A stretch of DNA of 64,000 bases from an uncultured Hormoscilla sp. (lineage in GTDB: Bacteria; Cyanobacteriota; Cyanobacteriia; Cyanobacteriales; Desertifilaceae). Below, in pieces: positions 47,242 through 56,153 of this stretch. Below the pieces are notes generated by a model. The model ran no database searches and was not told where the DNA came from. It was given only the letters and a program-made list of their open reading frames with translations. The stretch lies in assembly GCA_963921275.4 (NCBI GenBank), contig OZ001293.3:3008001-3072000 (forward strand). Direction: 5' to 3'. A program made the position numbers and the translations under genes. Numbering within the stretch: position 1 is the stretch's first letter; each line of letters begins with the position of its first letter.

Positions 47242-48375
47242 ATGAGCTACGGAAAGAATCCGTTTAAGCGCAGCAAAAATATTACGCCGAACAGCGTTCT
47301 CAAAATTCCGTTGTTTCCAGAACCAGAATTGCATAAGATTTGGAAAAAATGGCTAGCAGTATACCGTTGGGTTTACAACCAGTGTGTGGAATTCTATAAC
47401 AATGGACGAGCGCTGTCAGAGAGGCAATCTTTAGACCAGTACATACAGCAGTTGCAAAATTTGCCCGAAAACGACTGGACTAAGTGCCTCGGTAATACTA
47501 GGCAAGAAGCTGTTTGTGAAGCTCAAAATGCCAGTCGTCAATCACGCCAAGCTAATGGCGGCAAGTGTTTCCTGAGTTTCCGCTCTTGTAAAAACAAGTC
47601 CCAGGCTATCCAGTTCAAGAACAGTGCATACAAAAATGGAACGTGGTTCCGCTCGGAGATTAGGAACTTACAATTCGCAATTGCTAAAGGCTACGAGTTA
47701 CCAGCTAACTGTGTATACGGAACTGAGTTACTCTATCAAAGAGGACAGTGGTTTGCTTGCTTTCCGCAATACATCCGGGAGGTAACGACAGGCTCTGATC
47801 GCGTAATTGCTCTAGACCCAGGTAACCGTACTTTCCTAACTGGCTACGATGGAGAGAACATCTTAGAGATTGGCAGGGAAGACATCGGGCGGCTGACGAG
47901 GCTCTGCCTGCACCTCGACAAACTCGTTGGAAGAAAGATGAAAGCCACGGGTAAAGTAAACAAGCGGTTTCGGTACAAGTTGAGCAAAGCAATTGATCGG
48001 CAGAGGTCTCAGATTCGAGCGCTGGTGGATGACCTACATCGGAAGGCTGCTAGCCTGCTTGTCAACAGTTACAAACTGATATTTTTACCCACTTACAAAA
48101 CTTCTCAAATGGTTGTTAAAGCCAACCGCAAGATTAATCGGAAGTCGGTTAGAAATATGTTGACTTGGGCTATGAGCAGATTTGCCTCTCATCTGGAGCA
48201 AGCAGCTAAGAGAAAAGGAGTGCTGGTCGTCCGCTGTAACGAGGCTTATACTAGCAAAACTTGCCCCAAATGTGGTCACATCCACAAGCAACTTGGTGGC
48301 TCCAAAGTTCACAAATGTCAGGCTTGCGGTCATAAAGCACCGCGAGATTGGGTAGGCGCTCTCAACATAATTTGA
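47242..48375 (+). CDS. tnpB: IS607-associated TnpB RNA-guided nuclease with rearranged (Fanzor-like) RuvC
   Basis: RWVYN, IALDPG, IFLPTY, NEAYTSKTCPKCG...CQACG...RDWVGALNI. Confidence 0.88.
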   Translation: MSYGKNPFKRSKNITPNSVLKIPLFPEPELHKIWKKWLAVYRWVYNQCVEFYNNGRALSERQSLDQYIQQLQNLPENDWTKCLGNTRQEAVCEAQNASRQSRQANGGKCFLSFRSCKNKSQAIQFKNSAYKNGTWFRSEIRNLQFAIAKGYELPANCVYGTELLYQRGQWFACFPQYIREVTTGSDRVIALDPGNRTFLTGYDGENILEIGREDIGRLTRLCLHLDKLVGRKMKATGKVNKRFRYKLSKAIDRQRSQIRALVDDLHRKAASLLVNSYKLIFLPTYKTSQMVVKANRKINRKSVRNMLTWAMSRFASHLEQAAKRKGVLVVRCNEAYTSKTCPKCGHIHKQLGGSKVHKCQACGHKAPRDWVGALNII

Positions 48376-48488
48376 GAGCTTTGCAGGCTGTCTCCTTCGA
48401 TGTTAGAGATGGCGTTATCACCATTTCTGATGCCGATGTTGTACTTGCACAGGGCGTTTATTAGCTTTGTGAGGGTTAAAGACAGCAC

Positions 48489-48863
48489 ATGGACCCTGAT
48501 GAGGATTTAAGTTTGTATAAGATTACAGATAAATTGGATGTCGCCTGTGAGACAATCAGCCATTTTTACCGGGTCTTTCACTCCAGCCGCTACGTGAAAG
48601 AAAAATTAGTCATCCGGCTGAAAGAAGAACTAAAAGATGTCGATATTGAGCAGTTAAATGCTGAGTTTAGCGACATCCTCGTATCCGGAGCCATAGAAAA
48701 GACTAAAGCCTTACCAGCAGAATCTCAAGACGATACCATTGATTTACCCCGCCTGGTTTTACATTTTAATCAGCGAAATTTTGGACGCTTATACCATCTG
48801 ATTGCTAAGATAAATCAGATGGGAGTTCCCTCACCGGCATTGGAGCATCCAGAAAAAAAATAA
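48489..48863 (+). pseudogene. LOG-family protein C-terminal remnant
   Basis: DLSLYKITD...FYRVFHSSRYV..LVIRL...LNAEFSDIL...LPRLVLHF. Confidence 0.6.
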
Positions 48864-49016
48864 CTCAAGTTGCTACCTATAAAAATTTCTACGTCCGAAA
48901 CAGCCATTTTTTGCAAATTTATCCACAAAAATGCCATTTTGGGGTAATTTACAAGGTAATATCGGATCATATAGGTTGATTTTGACGTTGATTTTCTATC
49001 TTGTTGCAACTTAGGT
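48863..49016. mobile_element. 154-bp MITE with IS982-type TIRs, copy 2
   Basis: ACTCAAGTTGCTACCTAT...GCAACTTAGGT; near-TSD AAAAAATA/TAAAAATA. Confidence 0.8.
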
Positions 49017-49213
49017 TAAAAATAATTTTGCACAACTACTTACCTAATCTATCTGAGAAACGCTATATTTCAGATACATCAGTAGACCATTGCCGAAACT
49101 AGGGTTCGTAGTTGCGCACATAGCGCCTATATGCTCTGCGGTTGGCGCTAAAGCGCAACAACTTCCCTTAGATTACAGGTATTACCAGGATTTGATATCA
49201 CTGGTCACTGACA

Positions 49214-50896
49214 CTAGGGATGGATATGACCATTGGGCAAGATGGCACCTTTAATATGAGCACCTTCAAGGTCAGCACCCCGGAGGTAGGCATCTTCGAG
49301 GTTAGCACCCTGGAGACGAGCACCCCATAAGTGAGCACGCCGCAGGTCTGCACCCTTAAGATCGGCATTGCTGAGATTAGCCCGCTTGAGATCGGCACCC
49401 CGCAAGTCGGCACCAGAGAGGTCCGCATTCCCTAGCTGGGCACGCCCTAGTTTAGCACCCTCCAGATGGGCCCCCTCCAAGTTGGCACGCCATAATTTGG
49501 CATCTCCTAAGTATGCTTCCTTCAGGTAGGCATCTTCTAGGTAGGCATCTGGGAGTTTAGCATGCCCGATGTAAGCACCCCGGAGGTCAGCATTTCCCAG
49601 ATCGGCACCTTGGAGGTTAGCATTTCCCAGATTGGCACCTGTAAGATAGGCCGATCCCAGGTCAGCACCCTGCAGGTTGGCGCCAGCAAGGTCAGCGCCT
49701 CGCAGATTAGCGCCTCGTAGATTAGCTCCAGCGAGGTTGGCACCCGCTAGTTTCATACCCCGGAGATTAGCACCTCTGAGATCGCAGTTGGTACATTGAC
49801 GATTATCCAGCAACCGGTGATGGATATTTTTAGAAGTTGTCAGATGCCTGTGATGTTGTTGGATGTTGTGATGATGCAGCGCTGTTTCATATAAAGCAGG
49901 TTCGTTTCGCAACAGGATCGGAGCTCGACCCATAAGAGATAAACTACCCAGGGTGGCTAGTGCGACCACAGCTGCTCCGGTAGAGAATTGAAGGCTGTTG
50001 ACTAGCATGCCTCGGGAAGTGCTTAGGCCGACAACATCAATAGGTCGCAGTGCTTTTAGGGCAATTGCGGCATTGGCAAAGCGATGTTTGGGGTTAGGTG
50101 CCGTCATTTTTTCTAGCCAGCGGATAAACTGACGATTTACCCTTGGCACCAAATGCTTGAAGTTGAGGCGAAAAGACCCATCAACTAAATTGCCGATTTC
50201 CGTTGATTTCGTGTTAGTCAGCAAGCAGATCATGGTCGCACCCAGACTGTAAAGGTCCGATGCTGCCGTCAGCTGGCGATTAAACAGCTTTTCTGGAGGC
50301 ATAAATCCTAAAGTGCCTTTGACAGCGCTGCTAGCGGCCACTTCCGATTTTTCCGGAACGGTGCCTCCATTGCGGGCAAAGCCAAAATCTACCAGGTAAA
50401 CCTTGAGGTTTTGCCAACGATCGACCAGGATATTTTCAGGTTTAATATCTTGATGGATGATGGGAGGGTTCAGTGATTGTAAGTAAATCAGCACTTCTAA
50501 GATAGCACAGCCAATCTGCTTAATTTCCTGGGGGGTCCAGGGGTAAGGTTCGGCTAAAGAGGGTGCCTGTTTGTATTCCTGCACCATACAGAAGCCCGTT
50601 GGGGTGGCGAAAGAATCCAGATAGCAGGGGATGCTGGGATGATTGAGTTGTTGCAGTACCCGAATTTCCTGCTCATAGGCGTCGTAGTCTGACCAGCTGG
50701 AGGCTGCCTGAGCAAAATTGAACTGTTTAATCACCACGGCTTCAGCACGGGAGCATCTCCGGGCCAGTGCTTGTGGGGTCTCTGGCGAAATGGGACTTCT
50801 ACTCGCCAGGTAAGTAACGCGACCACAGGTGCGATTTTGCCCCAGTTCCCGTTCGACTTGATAGTTGTGGCTGGAGAAATCTGGTAAGTTATTCAT
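49214..50896 (-). CDS. Ser/Thr protein kinase with TM segment and pentapeptide repeats
   Basis: VVIKQF, IHQDIKPENIL, DFG, GTLGFMPPE; C-terminal ANLxG repeats. Confidence 0.9.
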   Translation of the reverse strand: MNNLPDFSSHNYQVERELGQNRTCGRVTYLASRSPISPETPQALARRCSRAEAVVIKQFNFAQAASSWSDYDAYEQEIRVLQQLNHPSIPCYLDSFATPTGFCMVQEYKQAPSLAEPYPWTPQEIKQIGCAILEVLIYLQSLNPPIIHQDIKPENILVDRWQNLKVYLVDFGFARNGGTVPEKSEVAASSAVKGTLGFMPPEKLFNRQLTAASDLYSLGATMICLLTNTKSTEIGNLVDGSFRLNFKHLVPRVNRQFIRWLEKMTAPNPKHRFANAAIALKALRPIDVVGLSTSRGMLVNSLQFSTGAAVVALATLGSLSLMGRAPILLRNEPALYETALHHHNIQQHHRHLTTSKNIHHRLLDNRQCTNCDLRGANLRGMKLAGANLAGANLRGANLRGADLAGANLQGADLGSAYLTGANLGNANLQGADLGNADLRGAYIGHAKLPDAYLEDAYLKEAYLGDAKLWRANLEGAHLEGAKLGRAQLGNADLSGADLRGADLKRANLSNADLKGADLRRAHLWGARLQGANLEDAYLRGADLEGAHIKGAILPNGHIHP

Positions 50897-51180
50897 AGGC
50901 CGATGGATGCTGGTTGCGATTAGGCTTATTTACCATTTTGCCAGGAAAATCCCGATCTGGCACCAAAAATTTTCTTGGTTTAGCGCCAGGGGTGATGCTG
51001 GGGCTAAACCAAGCGTATTTTTCCTGCCTGAGCGGAGTAATTCAACAAACCTATGTCAAGTTTTGTTAACAACCGCCACATACATCTTCCAGAAAGACGT
51101 TCATTTATGTTTACACTTCTTAACATAGACCTGTTTATTTTCACCTGTCTACTTAGGGCGAACAGAGAAAAATCGCTCTA

Positions 51181-53395
51181 CTATAGCCAAAACTGCCGAT
51201 CGCCCTCCAGCATGCCGGTGGGATTTATACCGTGTAACCGCAGATAAGCCATGCGATCGGATCCATAGAGTGGCATGGGCAAGCGTGGCGATTTTAACGC
51301 GCCATGATGCAACAATGTCAGTTTCAGGGTAGCTTCTACTACAGTTTCGATCGATACTTGGTGTCCTTGTTCATGCACCGTCAAACGCAGGGGACGCGCC
51401 AAACCAACATTAGCAGAAACCTCAGTCGTTATGACAATAGCTTCCCGATCGGATAAGCGAAGTGCCAATCCCTTTTTTGGTGCAGTCACTACTTTCTGGT
51501 TCAGATTGTACAGTCGAGGAACGTAAGACTTTCTGCACTCCACTAAAATAAACTTCGAGTCAATTGCCTTTGCCCATTCCAATAAATTATCAACTTCATT
51601 GCCACAAAAACGTCCGTCCCGGTAGATCAGAACAGTTTTGCGTTGCAGTTGAGATGCAGGTAGCAAGGTGTTCAAAAGCTGTGCTGGAATTTCTTCTCCT
51701 TCAATTATCGCATCTTCCAGATGGTAGCGAATGAACTCTCCTCGCCGTCCATAAACACGAATGCTTGCACAGGCATTTTGACTTCCGGATACGTTCTTTT
51801 TGGCAACTCGGGAAATATCCAAGCCAACGAAATAATCCGCGACCTCTAAAGGTTCAGCTAGAATGAAAGGCAAGTTCCCCAGTTTTGCCAGAACCCCTGG
51901 AATCACCTGATTGAGAACGTAGTTGGTTTGCACCTTCAAGGTTTCCTCATAAATCACTTGGCTCAATCCCGCGTCGAAGCAACCGCGAGTATACCCAATA
52001 ATATAGACTGCCGTCCTCTTCCCGATCGGAGTGGCGATCGCTCTCGGGCAAAAAGGTAAAAACAATGTCAGGGGTCGGCACAAGCAATTCATCAAGCGCT
52101 TTTTCAACTTCCGCTTTTGCCTTTGCAGCACTCAACTCCTTGACTGACAACTGCTTCGTATTAATAATTTTGCTCTCAAAATCATAGCGTTTTAGCTGTT
52201 CTTGAACTTTCTTGAGAAATGGAGTTAGCTTGCGATCGCATAATTTCAGAGCTGCAATACGGATTTGTTGCTGATTATCTCGGTATTCATCGTGACGGCG
52301 ATAAACACCTCCTGTAGACAAACCATTGAGAATTTTACCTGAGGCGCGAGTAACCTTTTTCCCGAAAAGAAGTGGGGTTTGCTCCAGGGGAGTCGATGGT
52401 TGCCAGAATAAAGATGGGGAATCTTTGCTGTTGATACTACGCTGTAGCTCAAATCCATAGGCTGCTAGAGCAGGATTCGCTATTTTCTTGGAGGAGTCAA
52501 CCAATAGTTGTTGCCGCTGTTCATGGGAAATTTTAGTTTTCTCGATCAATTTTCCATATTCCACCTCAAAACTCGCAGCTGTTTCAGAGGTAATGCAAGG
52601 ACGTAAAGCCGCCATCGCATAGTAATACGGCTTCCCATTCTTGCCAAATTGTACCCCCACCAAGGGTTGATTGTCAGGCGCATCTCGCAGTGCTTGTTTG
52701 CTGACTGCACCTGTCGCCTTTTCGATTAATTTTTCCCGGTGTTCTCCAATTTTGCCGACAATAGCGCCAATAGTACCGCTACCTCCAGATTCAATGTTTT
52801 GAACTTTCAAACCAATTAAAAGTTCTTGAGGATTTTGCCGGAAGGGATGATTATTGTAGAAATCAGCCAAGTTCCCCTTATAGAGGATACTGCTGCGAAC
52901 CGTTATAGTTACAGCAGGCCGTAATTTACCGTCGAGTTCGATGGTTTCTGACCAAATATCAACCTCGCGCCTGACTTCAACTCCTTTGTCAGAGAAAACC
53001 ACAGGTTGCTCGAATTTTGTTTCCCTTAAGACTTGAACGGCCAGTTGAGCTATAATTAAAGGAGTTTCCTTTGGCTCGCGCACCCCTTGAAATGACCAGT
53101 AGCGATCGCCAATCTCATCTTTTAAATCTTCTTGGATATTTTCGAGTGCCTTTTTCAATTCAGCTTTGTCTGGCATAGTACTACCTGGTTTGGCTAAAAT
53201 CCAAAAATATGATTTTTCCCAGATAGCAACTATATCGGGAAACTGGCGACTAAACCGGAAAGCTAAGCGGTTTCCCTCCTGCCGTTCCACTTCAGGTGTC
53301 AGTCGAAAACAGATTAAATTCGGCTGCGAGATAGTTAAGGGGAAAATCTCGCTCAAAAAGATGGGAGATGTCTGAACTTGAACTTGAGTAGTCAT
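51181..53395 (-). CDS. ago: Long prokaryotic Argonaute (~740 aa when joined), DEDD tetrad; frameshift near 51965
   Basis: ORF 51947-53395 covers the N to MID region. ORF 51181-52131 carries SQVI, GVLAKLG and the PIWI motifs [37 protein letters not shown]. Confidence 0.9.
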
Positions 53396-54206
53396 GCGGA
53401 AACCTCAGAAACAGAAAATTTACAAATGGAATTAAAGGCACAGTAGCGACAAGCAAAACCGGGGTTTGGTGGAAAAACGTTTGCGAAGCAAGCAGAGTTT
53501 TGTCGGTAACGTCTCAAATCTTGCTGATGCTGTTTGGCTATTTGTGTCAACTCGCTCTGAATGGCTCGCAGTTGGGCATTTGTCGCCTTAATATCCTCAG
53601 ACGCTTTACCGGTTTCCAAGTTATAGAAAGAGGCGATCGCTGGTTGTTGCGGATAGAGATAGCGGGCGGCTAGCAGGTAAACAAATGCCTGTCGGCGGTC
53701 AAAATCTGATTTACCCGTCTTGAAGTCTAAAATATGCAGCGTGCCGTCAGGCTCAGTAAAAATACAGTCGATCGCCGCAAAGAGGTTAAAGAAATAGTTC
53801 CCTTCCCGGATTAAAATAGGTGTGGGATATCCCTCATCACCTCGACGATGTTCTTCCCAAGGAGAATAGGATTTTCACGGTACTTTTTGAGGATGGCAGT
53901 CACTCGCGCCTGAACTGTAGCTGACTCTTGAGACAATTGCAAAATCTCTGCCACTTGCTCGACAGCATCTTTTCTGTACAAGATCGGGGAGTTCTGATGA
54001 AACTCGTAAACCCCCTTTTGGGCGAGAATGCCAATCCGCTGAGCTGTGTTGTCTTGCTCCAAGAGCGCTTTAACTTGGGGTTCTTTCTTGCGAGCCTTAG
54101 TGAAACCCCGCTTCATATCACAGTGCCAGTATTCCTGTCCTACTGGTGGAGAAAACAAAGACCAGAGATTATAACTGGCAAATTGCCAAATTTTATTTTC
54201 GATCAT
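53392..54206 (-). CDS. Cas4-like PD-(D/E)XK nuclease (Argonaute-associated, ACE1-like); frameshift near 53845
   Basis: N-terminal HCDMK; second frame AAIDCIF...HILDFKTG...RRQAFVY...[10 protein letters not shown] (1+3 Cys Fe-S staple). The stop overlaps the ago start (ATGA). Confidence 0.85.
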
Positions 54207-54291
54207 ATATCACATCTCACTTTTTTTGTCAACCAATTCTGCTGAACAGCTGAACAGACGCTCCAGCATGAAAAGGAGAGGGTTTCGGTCT

Positions 54292-54906
54292 CATAGGGCC
54301 AAGTATGAGCTGCCCTGGCCGAGGTAGCAAACCACCGGCGTTACGTTGACTGATTTAGCCAACCAACGACGATGCTAACTTATGTTGACTAATATCGTCA
54401 ACTCAGAGGATGAAAACCTTGCCATAGGGCCAAGTACAAGCTGCCCTTGCCGGGGTAGCCACCGATTTAGTTGACTAATTTAGCCAACCCGCTTCGATGC
54501 TAACTTATGTTGACTAATATCGTCAATCCAGAGGATGAAAACCTTGCCATAGGGGTTAAGCACAAGCAGCCCTGGCTGAGGTAGCCACCGGTTTAGTTAA
54601 CTAATTTAGCCAACCCGCTTCGATGCTAACTTATGTTGACTAATATCGTCAACCCAGAGGATGAAAACCTTGCCATAGGGGTTAAGCACAAGCAGCCCTG
54701 GCCGAGGTAGCCACCGGTTTAGTTGACTAATTTAGCCAACTCGCTCCGATACTAACTTAGGTTGACTAATATCGTCAACCTAGAGGATGAAAACCTTGCC
54801 ATAGGGCCAAGCACAAGCAGCCCTGGCCGAGGTAGCCACCGGTTTAGTTGACTAATTTAGCCAACTCGCTCCGATGCTAACTCATATTGACTAATATCGT
54901 CAACCC
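54292..54906. repeat. Tandem array of five ~125-bp units upstream of the nuclease-ago operon
   Basis: Unit starts (CATAGGG) at 54292, 54423, 54548, 54674 and 54800; highly similar, with no unique spacers. Confidence 0.95.
54345..54904. promoter_or_regulatory. Ten 19-bp palindromic operator-like sites GTTGAC-N7-G(T/C)CAAC
   Basis: Type A GTTGACTAATTTAGCCAAC at 54345, 54470, 54596, 54722, 54847. Type B GTTGACTAATATCGTCAAC at 54384, 54509, 54635, 54761, 54886. A few copies differ by one base; the A-to-B offset is always 39 bp. Confidence 0.7.
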
Positions 54907-54916
54907 TTAGTATGAT
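54887..54916 (+). promoter_or_regulatory. Putative sigma70 promoter of the XRE-peptidase operon
   Basis: TTGACT-N18-TATGAT, with the -35 inside the last palindrome. Confidence 0.55.
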
Positions 54917-54929
54917 TAGTAAGTAAGTA

Positions 54930-55083
54930 ACCTAGGTTGCTACCTATAGAACCTCAAAACCTTGCATTAGCCAAAATTGGCAAAAATTGCCTTGTGATTT
55001 ACCCTAAAATGGCATTTTTGCGGAGAAATTCACCAAAAATGGCTGTTTGGGACGTAGAAATTTTTATAGGTAGCAACTTGAGT
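54930..55083. mobile_element. 154-bp MITE with IS982-type TIRs, copy 3
   Basis: ACCTAGGTTGCTACCTAT...ATAGGTAGCAACTTGAGT. Confidence 0.8.
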
Positions 55084-55112
55084 TAATGATTTAAGTAAGT
55101 AGGGAAAAAACC

Positions 55113-55478
55113 GTGAATCAGACGTTTGGCAAGGTTATTCGTCAAGCCCGCAGGGACAAGGGATACAGCCAGCGCGAGCTAGCCAAGTTGATAGGGGTGA
55201 ATTATACCTACCTATCCAAGCTAGAGAACGACCACGCTGGGTATCCTCCTAGCGAGGAGGTCATTGAGTGCTTAGGGCGTCATCTAGAATTGGACGAAGT
55301 CGAGCTAAAATACTTAGCTGGCAGGATTGCGCCGGAAGACGAGGAAGTTTTTAAGGAACTTGTCAAGAAGTATAAACAGATGCCTGCTTTGCTCCGCCGC
55401 ATGCGGGACAATCCTGATTTTGTCCAAAAATTACTTCAGGAAGTAACCCAAGTAGAAAAGGAGGAGGAGCCGTTTTGA
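55113..55478 (+). CDS. XRE-family HTH transcriptional regulator
   Basis: IRQARRDKGYSQRELAKLIGVNYTYLSKLEND. Confidence 0.92.
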   Translation: MNQTFGKVIRQARRDKGYSQRELAKLIGVNYTYLSKLENDHAGYPPSEEVIECLGRHLELDEVELKYLAGRIAPEDEEVFKELVKKYKQMPALLRRMRDNPDFVQKLLQEVTQVEKEEEPF

Positions 55479-56119
55479 ATGTAATCAAGCCCTATCGCTT
55501 CATTCCCAAGCAGGAAATTGAGCGTCAGGCTAACAACCTTCTCAAGCAAATGGAGGCGACGCCAAATTTGGCACCCAAATGGCCTTTTGATGCTACTCGC
55601 GTGGCTGACTTTTTGGATCTAGGTGTTGTCTGGGACACAATAGAGCCTGATGAGGAAGGGCCAATTGCAGCTATGATTCTGCCGCTTCAAAGTGAAATTG
55701 TAATAAATGAAAATATTTCAGCAATACATGGAGGCTTTGGCGAATCAACATTAGCCCATGAAATTGGACATTGGGAACTTCATATTGACCATAACGCGGT
55801 TGGTAAGTTTTTATATCGCAGAACGGATGGGATCGAAAAAACTATTATCGCGCCGTTTTTATGTCGTAGCGATACCATTCAGAAAGGGATTGAATGGCAA
55901 GCTCAGTATTTTGCTAGTTGTTTACTGATGCCTCTTGATAAGTTAGAAGAAGTGCGCATAGGGCGCGTTCTAACGAAATGGTCTCACCTTTACGCTATAA
56001 AAGATGAGCTTGGTATCACTATATCTAATCTGACAAACCGTTTGCAAGATATTGATTGGATTCACATTCCCAAAAATTCTAAGCAAATTTATCTGGGAAA
56101 AGCTGCGCCTGGTCGGTAA
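55475..56119 (+). CDS. ImmA/IrrE-family metallo-endopeptidase
   Basis: TLAHEIGH (HExxH) and EWQAQYFASCLLMP; the start overlaps the XRE stop. Confidence 0.9.
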   Translation: MNVIKPYRFIPKQEIERQANNLLKQMEATPNLAPKWPFDATRVADFLDLGVVWDTIEPDEEGPIAAMILPLQSEIVINENISAIHGGFGESTLAHEIGHWELHIDHNAVGKFLYRRTDGIEKTIIAPFLCRSDTIQKGIEWQAQYFASCLLMPLDKLEEVRIGRVLTKWSHLYAIKDELGITISNLTNRLQDIDWIHIPKNSKQIYLGKAAPGR

Positions 56120-56153
56120 CAGGGGCGATCGCGGCGATCGCCCCCCGATCGTA

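Noticed and set aside
49230..49790. 15-bp periodic DNA repeats (also 40030-40270)
   Set aside because: Explained by pentapeptide-repeat coding.
51947..52131. Naturally split pAgo or programmed frameshift
   Set aside because: The break falls inside the MID motif region with no slippery sequence, and the second ORF's N-terminus is out-of-frame overlap.
54410..54804. Repeated mini-ORFs in the array (MKTLP* on +, MARFSSSxLTILVNxS* on -)
   Set aside because: No properly spaced RBS, and conservation is explained by the DNA repeat itself; cannot be excluded without ribosome profiling.
54292..54906. CRISPR array next to a Cas4-like gene
   Set aside because: Whole units are conserved end to end, with no unique spacers and no cas1/cas2 in the window.
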